Shown: piece after piece, positions 15,001-27,861 of the stretch
Position numbering within the stretch: the stretch's first letter is position 1
Layout of the letters: every line of letters begins with the position of its first letter
Origin: Eledone cirrhosa
Taxonomy: Eukaryota
Direction: 5' to 3'
Length of the DNA: 64,000 nucleotides
Assembly (NCBI GenBank): GCA_964016885.1
Contig: OZ024740.1
Coordinates: 95,666,001 to 95,730,000 of the forward strand
Translations under genes and position numbers: made by a program
The notes under the pieces: model-generated
The model's input: the letters and a program-made list of their open reading frames with translations, nothing else
Database searches by the model: none
What the model was told of the DNA's origin: nothing

Positions 15001-18000
15001 CAGACTAATTTGCATAGAACGTGAGTCATTGTACGCACCGGTTCAGCGGAAACGATAAAAACAAATAACGAAACGAAATTAAATTTCGTTTCTTTTCTAA
15101 CTCACTTTTGTATGACTGACGCTTAAACAATTAAGTTAAAGTGTACCTCTACATATGTATACGGAAGTACTTGTAGGCATATAAATACACACATGTATAC
15201 ATATGTACATGTACTGAGTTTTTCACTAGACACTTTACAGTGAGTGTCCAGCTAGTCTGTATGTAACCAAACAGACGAACCGGGTTTTAGAGTCATACGA
15301 GTTTTCAAGGAAAAACACTTCCTCTATTCTCCAGAGAGCCAGACAGGAATATTGGACTAGTTTCGATGTTATTACATCTCATCAGCAATATAACCCATCT
15401 TCCGGCTTCTCTAGAGAATTGTAAAAGCACATATCGTTATATGCTTTTTCTATGAAAATTAGTAGTGGGCAGACTAATTTGCATAGAACGTGAGTCATTG
15501 TACGCACCGGTTCAGCGGAAACGATAAAAACAAATAACGAAACGAAATTAAATTTCGTTTCGCTTCTAACTCACTTTTGTATGACTGACGCTTAAAAAAT
15601 TAAGTTAAAGTGTACATCTACATATGTATACGGAAGTACTAGTATGCATATAAATACACACATGTATACATATGTACATGTACTGAGTTTTTCACTAGAC
15701 ACTTTACAGTGAGTGTCCAGCTAGTCTGTATTTAACCAAACAGACGAACCGGGTTTTAGATTCTTACGAGTTTTCAAGGAAACACACTTCCTCTATTCTC
15801 CATAGAGCCAGACAGGAATATTGGACTAGTTTCGATGTCATTACATCTCATCAGCAATATAAACCCATCTTCCGGCTTCTCTAGAGAATTGTAAAAGCAC
15901 ATATCGTTATATGCTTTTTCTATGAAAATTAGTAGTGGGCAGACTAATTTGGATAGAACGTGAGTCATTGTACGCACCGGTTCAGCGGAAACGATAAAAA
16001 CAAATAACGAAACGAAATTAAATTTCTTATCGCTTCTAACTCACTTTTGTATGACTGACGCTTAAACAATTAAGTTAATGTGTACATCTACATATGTATA
16101 CGGAAGTACTAGTATGCATATAAATACAGACATGTATACATATGTACATGTAATGAGTTTTTCACTAGACACTTTACAGTGAGTGTCCAGCTAGTCTGTA
16201 TGTAACCAAACAGACGAACCGGGTTTTAGAGTCATACGAGTTTTCAAGGAAAAACACTTCCTCTATTCTCCAGAGAGCCAGACAGGAATATTGGACTAGT
16301 TTCGATGTTATTACATCTCATCAGCAAATAACCCATCTTCCGGCTTCTCTAGAGAATTGTAAAAGCACATATCGTTATATGCTTTTTCTATGAAAATTAG
16401 TAGTGGGCAGACTAATTTGCATAGAACGTGAGTCATTGTGCGCACTGGTTCAGCGGAAACGATAAAAACAAATAACGAAACGAAACTAAATTTCGTTTCG
16501 CTTCTAACTCACTTTTGTATGACTGACGCTTAAACAATTAAGTTAAAGTGTACATCTACATATGTATACGGAAGTACTAGTATGCATATAAATACACACA
16601 TGTATACATATGTACATGTACTGAGTTTTTCACTAGACACTTTACAGTGAGTGTCCAGCTAGTCTGTATGTAACCAAACAGACGAACCGGGTTTTAGAGT
16701 CATACAAGTTTTCAAGGAAACACACTTCCTCTATTCTCCAGAGAGCCAGACAGGTATATTGGACTAGTTTCGATGTTATTACATCTCATCAGCAATATAA
16801 CCCATCTTCCGGCTTCTCTAGCGAATTGTAAAAGCACATATCGTTATATGCTTTTTCTATGAAAATTAGTAGTGGGCAGACTAATTTGCATAGGACGTGA
16901 GTCATTGTACGCACCGGTTCAGCGGAAACGATAAAAACAAATAACGAAACGAAATTAAATTTCGTTTCGCTTCTAACTCACTTTTGTATGACTGACGCTT
17001 AAACAATTAAGTTAAAGTGTACATCTACATATGTATACGGAAGTACTAGTATGCATATAAATACACACATGTATACATATGTACATGTACTGTGTTTTTC
17101 ACTAGACACTTTACAGTGAGTGTCCAGCTAGTCTGTATGTAACCAAACAGACGAACCGGGTTTTAGAGTCATACGAGTTTTCAAGGAAACACACTTCCTC
17201 TATTCTCCAGAGAGCCAGACAGGTATATTGGACAAGTTTCGATGTTATTACATCTTATCAGCAATATAACCCATCTTCCGGCTTCTCTAGAGAATTGTAA
17301 AAGCACATATCGTTATATGCTTTTTCTATGAAAATTAGTAGTGGGCAGACTAATTTGCATAGAACGTGAGTCATTGTACGCACCGGTTCAGCGGAAACGA
17401 TAAAAACAAATAACGAAACGAAATTAAATTTCGTTTCTTTTCTAACTCACTTTTGTATGACTGACGCTTAAACAATTAAGTTAAAGTGTACCTCTACATA
17501 TGTATACGGAAGTACTAGTAGGCATATAAATACACACATGTATACATATGTACATGTACTGAGTTTTTCACTAGACACTTTACAGTGAGTGTCCAGCTAG
17601 TCTGTATGTAACCAAACAGACGAACCGGGTTTTAGAGTCATACGAGTTTTCAAGGAAAAACACTTCCTCTATTCTCCAGAGAGCCAGACAGGAATATTGG
17701 ACTAGTTTCGATGTTATTACATCTCATCAGCAATATAACCCATCTTCCGGTTTCTCTAGAGAATTGTAAAAGCACATATCGTTATATGCTTTTTCTATGA
17801 AAATTAGTAGTGGGCAGACTAATTTGCATAGAACGTGAGTCATTGTACGCACCGGTTCAGCGGAAACGATAAAAACAAATAACGAAACGAAATTAAATTT
17901 CGTTTCGCTTCTAACTCACTTTTGTATGACTGACACTTAAACAATTAAGTTAAAGTGTACATCTACATATGTATACGGAAGTACTAGTATGCATATAAAT

Positions 18001-20192
18001 ACACACATGTATACATATGTACATGTACTGTGTTTTTCACTAGACACTTTACAGTGAGTGTCCAGCTAGTCTGTATGTAACCAAACAGACGAACCGGGTT
18101 TTAGAGTCAAACGAGTTTTCAAGGAAACACACTTCCTCTATTCTCCAGAGAGCCAGACAGGAATATTGGACTAGTTTCGATGTTATTACATCTCATCAGC
18201 AATATAAACCCATCTTCCGGCTTCTCTAGAGAATTGTAAAAGCACATATCGTTATATGCTTTTTCTATGAAAATTAGTAGTGGGCAGACTAATTTGCATA
18301 GAACGTGAGTCATTGTACGCACCGGTTCAGCGGAAACGATAAAAACAGATAACGAAACGAAATTAAATATCGTTTCGCTTCCAACTCACTTTTGTATGAC
18401 TGACGCTTAAACAATTAAGTTCAAGTGTACATCTACATATGTATACGGAAGTACTAGTAGGCATATAAATACACACATGTATACATATGTACATGTACTG
18501 AGTTTTTCACTAGACACTTTACACTGAGTGTCCAGCTAGTCTGTATGTAACCAAACAGACGAACCGGGTTTTAGAGTCATACGAGTTTTCAAGGTAAAAC
18601 ACTTCCTCTATTCTGCAGAGAGCCAGACAGGAATATTGGACTAGTTTCGATGTTATTACATCTCATCAGCAAATAACCCATCTTCCGGCTTCTCTAGAGA
18701 ATTGTAAAAGCACATATCGTTATATGCTTTTTCTATGAAAATTAGTAGTGGGCAGACTAATTTGCATAGAACGTGAGTCATTGTACGCACCGGTTCAGCG
18801 GAAACGATAAAAACAAATAACGAAACGAAATTAAATTTCGTTTCGCTTCTAACTCACTTTTGTATGACTGACGCTTAAACAATTAAGTTAAAGTGTACAT
18901 CTACATATGTATACGGAAGTACTAGTATGCATATAAATACACACATGTATACATATGTACATGTACTGTGTTTTTCACTAGACACTTTACAGTGAGTGTC
19001 CAGCTAGTCTGTATGTAACCAAACAGACGAACCGGGTTTTAGAGTCAAACGAGTTTTCAAGGAAACACACTTCCTCTATTCTCCATAGAGCCAGACAGGA
19101 ATATTGGACTAGTTTCGATGTTATTACATCTCATCAGCAATATAAACCCATCTTCCGGCTTCTCTAGAGAATTGTAAAAGCACATATCGTTATATGCTTT
19201 TTCTATGAAAATTAGTAGTGGGCAGACTAATTTGCATAGAACGTGAGTCATTGTACGCACCGGTTCAGCGGAAACGATAAAAACAAATAACGAAACGAAA
19301 TTAAATTTCGTTTCGCTTCTAACTCACTTTTGTATGACTGACGCTTAAACAATTAAGTTAAAGTGTACATCTACATATGTATACGGAAGTACTAGTAGGC
19401 ATATAAATACACACATGTATACATATGTATATGTACTGTGTTTTTCACTAGACACTTTACAGTGAGTGTCCAGCTAGTCTGTATGTAACCAAACAGACGA
19501 ACCGGGTTTTAGAGTCATACTAGTTTTCAAGGAAACACACTTCCTCTATTCTCCAGAGAGCCAGACAGGAATGTTGGACTAGTTTCGATGTTATTACATC
19601 TCATCAGCAATATAAACCCATCTTCCGGCTTCTCTAGAGAATTGTAAAAGCACATATCGTTATATGCTTTTTCTATGAAAATTAGTAGTGGGCAGACTAA
19701 TTTGGATAGAACGTGAGTCATTGTACGCACCGGTTCAGCGGAAACGATAAAAACAAATAACGAAACGAAATTAAATTTCTTATCGCTTCTAACTCACTTT
19801 TGTATGACTGACGCTTAAACAATTAAGTTAATGTGTACATCTACATATGTATACGGAAGTACTAGTATGCATATAAATACAGACATGTATACATATGTAC
19901 ATGTAATGAGTTTTTCACTAGACACTTTACAGTGAGTGTCCAGCTAGTCTGTATGTAACCAAACAGACGAACCGGGTTTTAGAGTCATACGAGTTTTCAA
20001 GGAAAAACACTTCCTCTATTCTCCAGAGAGCCAGACATGAATATTGGACTAGTTTCGATGTTATTACATTTAATCAGCAATATAAGCCCATCTTCCGGCT
20101 TCTCTAGAGAATTGTAAAAGCACATATCGTTATATGTTTTTTCTATGAAAATTAGTAGTGGGCAGACTAATTTGCATAGAACCTGAGTCATT
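1..20192 (-). repeat. 469/470-bp tandem satellite (~43 monomers) with 2817-bp 6-mer higher-order repeat; each monomer carries a hammerhead ribozyme motif on the minus strand (retrozyme-like)
   Basis: GTCATTGT monomer starts at 1, 471, 940, 1409, 1878, 2348, 2818. Diagnostic variants recur every 2817 bp (same ORF variant at 281, 3098, 5915, 8732, 11549). The array runs off the left edge of the window. Confidence 0.97.
794..838 (-). ncRNA. Minimal type I hammerhead ribozyme (representative intact satellite copy)
   Basis: Minus strand reads TATATTG-CTGATGA-GATGT aata ACATC-GAAAC ta GTC-CAATATA: 7-bp stem I, canonical core, 5-bp stem II, 2-bp stem III inside palindrome ACTAGT, GUC triplet (predicted cut between 801 and 800). 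Confidence 0.9.
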
Positions 20193-21153
20193 TAATTTCG
20201 TTTCGTTATTTGTTTTTATCGCTTCCGCTGAACCGGTGCGTACAATGACTCACGTTCTATGCAAATTAGTCTGCCCACTACTAATTTTCATAGAAAAAGC
20301 ATATAACGATATGTGCTTTTACAATTCTCTAGAGAAGCCGGAAGATGGGTTATATTGCTGATGAGATGTAATAACATCGAAACTAGTCCAATATTCCTGT
20401 CTGGCTCTCTGGAGAACAGAGGAAGTGTGTTTCCTTGAAAACTAGTATGACTCTAAAACCCGGTAAAACCCGGTTCGTCTGTTTGGTTACATACAGACTA
20501 GCTGGACACTCACTGTAAAGTGTCTAGTGAAAAACTCAGTACATGTACATATGTATACATGTGTGTATTTATATGCATGCTAGTACTTCCGTATACCTAT
20601 GTAGATGTACACTTTAACTTAATTGTTTAAGCGTCAGTCATACAAAAGTGAGTTAGAAGCGAAACGAAATTTAATTTCGTTTCGTTATTTGTTTTTATCG
20701 TTTCCGCTGAACCGGTGCGTACAATGACTCACGTTCTATGCAAATTAGTCTGCCCACTACTAATTTTCATAGAAAAAGCATATAACGATATGTGCTTTTA
20801 CAATTCTCTAGAGAAGCCGGAAGATGGGTTATATTGCTGATGAGATGTAATATCATCGAAACTAGTCCAATATTCCTGTCTGGCTCTCTGGAGAATAGAG
20901 GAAGTGTGTTTCCTTGAAAACTCGTATGACTCTAAAACCCGGTTCGTCTGTTTGGTTACATACAGACTAGCTGGACACTCACTGTAAAGTGTCTAGTGAA
21001 AAACTCAGTACATGTACATATGTATACATGTGTGTATTTATATGCATACTAGTACTTCCGTATACATATGTAGATGTACACTTTAACATAATTGTTTAAG
21101 CGTCAGTCATACAAAAGTGAGTTAGAAGCGAAACGAAATTTAATTTCGTTTAG

Positions 21154-21160
<7 letters not shown>
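20191..21160 (+). repeat. Inverted block of ~2 satellite monomers terminating the array
   Basis: Reverse complement of the monomer starts at TTTAATTTCGTTTCG and ends at the same motif before (TA)n; contains a 10-bp duplication TAAAACCCGG at ~20454-20473. Confidence 0.95.
20352..20394 (+). ncRNA. Type I hammerhead ribozyme in inverted satellite monomer (second copy at 20831-20873)
   Basis: ATATTG-CTGATGA-GATGTAATAACATC-GAAACTAGTC-CAATAT is readable directly on the + strand. Confidence 0.9.
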
Positions 21161-21232
<72 letters not shown>

Positions 21233-21265
21233 GAGATCAAAAGATGGTTAAAGGAGTTCCATGTA

Positions 21266-21332
21266 TTTTATTATGCGCATTTCAAAAACAAACATCATCA
21301 TGCAATAATATTTGTGTTTTCATCAGATAAAA
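21266..21332 (-). ncRNA. Type I hammerhead in inverted tail of PLE A
   Basis: Reverse complement: TTTTAT-CTGATGA-(AU/GU-rich stem II)-GAAATGCGCATA-ATAAAA. Confidence 0.75.
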
Positions 21333-21724
21333 CAGGAGCACATGATATGAAGGCTAAAAAACACTTAAGGATAGTGCAGTTTATGAAAAGTAATTTTAGA
21401 TTGATGTGTAATATTGGGAAAATATTTTGTTTAGAGAGGGGGGCGTGGAAAGGATGAAAAAAAGGGGAGGTGATGAGAGTGAAGGTGGAGAGGGAGAGAC
21501 GGGTGATAGAGAGAAAGAGATAGTTTTTATAACTGAGAAAAGATATATGTTTTACATAGAGAGGTTGAAAACCGTTGGAAGATAATGTATAAATTAAAAG
21601 AATTTGAAAATTAACGAAGGGAAAAAATATGTACGAAGAAGGAGAGGGGGTTAATATGTATTGAGATTAAAAAGTTTGATGATAGAGAGAAAAGAATAAT
21701 GTATGGCGAAAAGAATAATGTATA

Positions 21725-23960
21725 CCAAAGAACATAACTTCCTCGATCATCTATATAATTCTAGAAGAAATCCTCCTTCGAACAAAAATCTAGTGCAATT
21801 CGAGGAACAGTTAACTACAATAATAAAAAATCTTAAATTCAAGAGATACCCTTACAAAGGACAAGAGCACCTTGTAAATCTCAAGAACACAATTTCTAAA
21901 CTAAATTCCTCAAAAAATGTTTTAGTCCACTCTGACAAAACCAATGACTTATATGGTATTTCCAAGGATAATTATAACAACCTTATCCTAAAGGAACTTA
22001 GGAAAAAGTATCGTAAAACCAGCCATGAAAATTTAGAATACATAAACCTTGAAGCCTCTGAGATTATGTCAAAACTTGGCATTGAAAAAAACACCGAACC
22101 ATTCCTCCCAAGAACTCCGAGGATAAATCTCAAGGATCACAAAAACAATTTTCGCACTGAACTACCTGTTAGATTAATCGCCCCCTCTAAATCTGATCTG
22201 GGGGTTGTTAGTAAAGCCATCTTGGATAGAATTATCCCACAGGTTAGTTCTAATTGCTCTTCTTTGAACCTAAATTTATGGTTTGGTTCTTATGAAGTGA
22301 TTGGCTGGTTCAACAAATTGAATAATAAAAACAAACTAAAATTTATTCAATTTGATATTGCCAGCTACTATTCCTCCATTTCGCCTTCACTTCTCAATAA
22401 TGCACTATCTTTCGCACTTAAATATTCTGACATCACCACAGATGAACTTCACATCATCCTCACCGCACGTAAAACCATCCTAGAGATCAACAACGAATAT
22501 TGGACCAGAGCCGATACCTCTAACAACTTCGACATCACAATGGGAGCATCCGATTCATCCCAATTGACTCATTTAATTCGTATCTTTATTTTGAACTCTT
22601 TGAGTCGGAAATTTCCTCAACTTCGCGGTGGAATTTATCGTTACGATGGACTCTTTACTATCTTAAATTGCAATATAGTTAACCTTAATATTATTAAGAA
22701 CAATATACGTAATCTCTTTAACCAACATAACCTAAAAATTGAATTTGATAACAGTATCAAACTAGCTTATTTCTTGGATGTATGTCTTAATCTTGACACT
22801 GGCCTATATTACCCTTACCATAAAAACAATGAGAACCTAAATTATGTTAACTTTAGATCTAACCATCCTACCAATATCAAGAATGCTATAGTTAGTAATA
22901 TTGGAAAAAAAATATCTAACATATCTTTTAATAAAAACATCTTTGATGCTAATGCCAATTACTATAATAACGCACTTTCTAAAGCCGGCTATCCTGATAA
23001 AATCAAATATAGTAAAGAAACAAATTCTAGAAAAACTTACAGTAGAATAATTAATCATGATCATTCCAATAACTTTAATAAAAGACCTAGATACAAAAAC
23101 ATAATCTGGTATAATGATCCTTTCTCCATCTCTATTAATAACAATATTCCTAAATTATTCTTTAGTGCCTTAAATAAATGCTTCCCTCCCTCACATATCT
23201 ATAGTCAAATATTTAACAAAAACACCATAACATTTTCTTATTCTACAACCTCCAATATTTCCAACATTATCTCTAAACACAACAATAAAATACTAAATAC
23301 TAAATCTCTTCCTTCCAACACTGAATTTCATAATAACAGTAATAGTACTCCCGACGTCATTCTAAACCCTAGGCTAATTTCTGTAAACCCAAATACAACG
23401 TCAATCACAACTTCGCTAAATGTTCATAATCCAACTCTAAATCAAGAAACTATTATTCCTATCGCAAACAACTTCTCCAATCCAATTCCTTCTATAGATA
23501 ACACTAGGTCACTCATTAATAATCTCTCTAATTGCAACTGCCGCATTAAAAATAAATGTCCTCTCAACAACCATTGTCTTGATAAAAACTTAATTTATGA
23601 ATGTAAAGTTATAACTAGCACAATTCCTTCACCTATTTTGGCTCCACTTCCACCTCTTTTAAAGCTCGTCTCTATAATCATGATTCATCTTTTAAATACA
23701 AACTTAAAAGAACCAACACGGCTCTCTCAGAACTCATATGGTCCTTGAAAGACAAAAACATTAAATATACCATCTTTTGGAAGAAGGTTTCTTCTGCGTC
23801 TCCATACTTGATCAGCTCTCTATCTAAAATCTGTAATCTCTGCCTAAATGAAAAATTTACCATTATCTCTAATCTAGATTCTATAATAAATAGACGTACA
23901 GATTTGTTTTCTATCTGCTTGCATAAATTCCATAAGACTTTTCACAAAGTATACAGCTAA
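21725..23960 (+). pseudogene. PLE A RT-GIY-YIG ORF, defective
   Basis: DKT motif, LKDHK..F, RLIAPSKS, FDIASYYSSI, ITMGASDS; catalytic YRDD mutated to YRYD; frameshift near 23625 before TYFGSTSTSFKARLYNH; C-terminus has CNLC and CLH. Confidence 0.9.
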
Positions 23961-24765
23961 TATTCAATTCTTTATCAATTTAGAATCTTTTCTCAAAGGC
24001 ACATATACATACACCTCTTTTAAAATATACCCATCTTCCTACCTTACTTCAAAGGTCTATAATACTTGTTTACGCATTACCCTCACTCTATCTTCAACTT
24101 GTAAAATCCTTCGTAACATATACATTTGTTTTTGACGCTAGATTATTCATCCTTAATTTATTATATTTTCTCCCCATCATCTAACTCATTCTTAATACAT
24201 ATTAACTCTTTCTTCGCACATATTATCAATTCCTTCAATATACAAACCTTAACTTCACATTATTTTTCTCAAATCCTTCAATACGCAAACCTTAATAATT
24301 TTTTTCTCCTCGTTAATTTTCAAATTTCTATAATACTTGTAAACATACACACAATTTTTTTTGACGTTAGAATATTCATCCGCAATACATTATTCTTTTC
24401 TCTCTATCATCAAACTTTTTAATCTCAATACATTTTAACTCCCTCTCCTTCTTCGTACATATTTTTTCCCTTCGTTAATTTTCAAATTCTTTTAATTTAT
24501 ACATTATCTTCCAACGGTTTTCAACCTCTCTGTTGAAACAATATATCTTTTCTCAGTTATAAAAACATTCTCTTTCTCTCTATCAACCATCTCTCCCTCT
24601 CCACCTTCACTCTCATCTCCTCCCCTTTTTTCATCCTTTCCACACCCCCTCTCTAAACAAAATATTTTCCCAATATCATACATCAATCTAAAATTACTTT
24701 TCATATGTTGATTTAAAACTGCACTATCCACAAGTGTTTTTTAGCCTTCATATCATGTCCTCCTG

Positions 24766-24832
24766 TTTTATCTGATGAACACGCAAATATTATTGCATGA
24801 TGATGTTTGTTTTTGAAATGCGCATAATAAAA
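24766..24832 (+). ncRNA. Type I hammerhead in 3' tail of PLE A
   Basis: TTTTAT/ATAAAA stem I, CTGATGA, GAAA, palindromic stem III ATGCGCAT, AUA triplet. Confidence 0.78.
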
Positions 24833-24955
24833 TACATGGAACTCCTTTAACCATCTTTTGATCTTATATATTATGTATACTCCAGTTCTACAAACTGTAG
24901 AGTGCTTCTTATCCGATATCTGCATCGCTTTATTGTACTACAATAAAACTCACCT

Positions 24956-25437
<482 letters not shown>

Positions 25438-26173
25438 ATTTTTTATATGTGTCTCTATATGTTTTTGTGTATGTATGTGGATGTATTTGTACATGGGTCT
25501 GTGATTGATGGTGTGTGCCTATATATTCCTACATATGCCCGTGTGTGTATGTACGTATGTGCGCACATATGTGTGTGTTGAACAAAGGACTAACTTTGGG
25601 ATGGACGTAGAAAAATTCTTCAGGAAAAAAATAAAAAAAAATTATTCACAAACTTGACAGGTGCGATTTGCCTGTGACCATTCTCAACACAAAAGCAATG
25701 CTAAAAGCTTTTCCCCCTGAATAAAGGAATTTTTCGAGAATGACCGGGACAGGCCGCACTTGCTACATTTCTCCCCACCCAACCCTACTCACCGTCTCAA
25801 CTCATTACTGCTATGAACACTTTTTCAACACACCTACACCCATGCACTTATTAAAGGGGGAGAAAAGAAACCCCCACCACACCACAGACATGTTAAATCC
25901 CTATATATAGAACAACACACCACATACATATCAGTTTGACAAGCGCACCTCAGCGTGAAAGGTCTTTCTAAAAACGAAACAATACCTCCTACGTAAACCA
26001 AGAACTCCTAAGACCTAACCAACAACAAACAACTTAATTTATAAAATAATATTTTTTAAGAAACATTCTTTTTGGATTATGTGAAGAAAATAAATTTGTT
26101 GAAAGCACAAGTGAAGCCATTTTTTCTTCCCCCTGTCTTAATATACCTAACTGTACCAAGGATTACACACATT

Positions 26174-26179
<6 letters not shown>

Positions 26180-26254
<75 letters not shown>

Positions 26255-26355
26255 GTATATATATATATTTATATATATATGTATATATATATTTATATAT
26301 ATGTATATATAAATATATTTATATATATATGTATGTACATATATATATTTATATA

Positions 26356-26418
<63 letters not shown>

Positions 26419-26475
26419 GTATATATATATATTTATATATATATGTATATATATATATTTATATATATATGTATA

Positions 26476-26514
<39 letters not shown>

Positions 26515-26564
26515 TGATATATATATATGTATATGTATATATATATACATATTTATATATATAT

Positions 26565-26659
<95 letters not shown>

Positions 26660-26660
26660 T
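26180..26660. repeat. (TA)n microsatellite with TG/TTTA interruptions
   Basis: Long TA run. Confidence 0.97.
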
Positions 26661-26925
26661 GTTAAATGGAAAAGAAAATGCTGACAAATTGTTTTAATCA
26701 GATTAGAGCAAATATCACGGGCGCTCTATCTCAAAATTATTTTGAAAACCATTAGAAATGCGCAACCGGTAAAACTCAAAACCTAAACTGAATACTAACC
26801 AATACTGTTACTAATTTTTACTTATTCCTAATTAAACTATTTTTCACTGGGAACAATTTGTCAGCATTTTCTTTTCCATTTACCAATACATCATAACTCG
26901 TGTGTTTCACCTCTATTCTTTAAAA
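26660..26925 (+). mobile_element. Short PLE-tail-like repeat with 30-bp inverted duplication; same family as 41305-41600
   Basis: AAATGGAAAAGAAAATGCTGACAAATTGTT at 26664-26693 is inverted at 26852-26881; body similar to the reverse complement of 41305-41520; TA-flanked. Confidence 0.65.
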
Positions 26926-27642
26926 TATATATATATATATATATATTTATCAGGGTTGAAATGTGCGTGCATGCGTTATAGAATCTTGAGTTGATCAATT
27001 GCATCGGTTGAAGCAAGCATAATTTTGGCTGCTTACTATATCATAGACACATAACATTTAACCCCCCCCCCCCCCCCCGCCACACACACATGCACACACA
27101 CTCGCACCCACATACACACGCATACACACACAGACGTACACAGAAACAAACGACAGCGTCGGATGAAGCAAGCAGAAATGTGGCTGCTTACTAAATTCAA
27201 ATGTCCTTCATTTTAGTACTCAACACCCAATTTATAACTTGATAGAGCATCTAGCCCCATACTTACACCCCCTCCCACACACACGCATACGCACACACCC
27301 ACGCACACACACACACACCACACGCTTACACCTCCACTTATTCTCTCTCTCACACACACACATACACACACAAAGGCCAGTTCTGAGACGACAGAACATC
27401 TATCCTCCACACTTACGTATAGACATATCTTCTCACACTCACACAAACAGACATACTTACACCTTCACGTATTCTCCCACACACTTAAACATACATGTAT
27501 AAAACCTCTTTTAAAGGGAGTCTACTCTTTATCCACCTAACCTTAACTCTTTGACATTAGAGATAAAACAGATTTTCTATACCATTATCTGTCAGCATGA
27601 CTTGGCAAGCTATTTAGAACACTGGTTTAACAGCTTTATTTC

Positions 27643-27677
27643 CCTCCGAAGGAGAGATATTATCTCGAAAATTAAGG
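27643..27677 (+). ncRNA. Variant or degenerate minimal hammerhead in a probable orphan PLE tail ending at the TA tract at 27789
   Basis: CCT-CCGAAGGA-GAGAT att ATCTC-GAAAATTA-AGG; the core is non-canonical. Confidence 0.45.
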
Positions 27678-27785
27678 ACATTTTACTAAATGTAATGTCA
27701 AAGACTAATTGTCAACAATAACCTTTGCATTTGCATTTTTATTCTATGTCCATACCTGCATTGTTTTGTCTTTATAAATACAAAC

Positions 27786-27860
<75 letters not shown>

Positions 27861-27861
<1 letters not shown>

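Noticed and set aside
1-20192. CRISPR-like array
   Set aside because: No unique spacers (the whole unit repeats), eukaryotic context and no cas genes.
281-20361. Repeated 67-aa ORF MRTMTHVLCK... as a tandem gene family
   Set aside because: It begins at GTG, is broken in every 468/469-bp monomer by indels, has no recognisable domain and overlaps the ribozyme; it is a by-product of the repeat.
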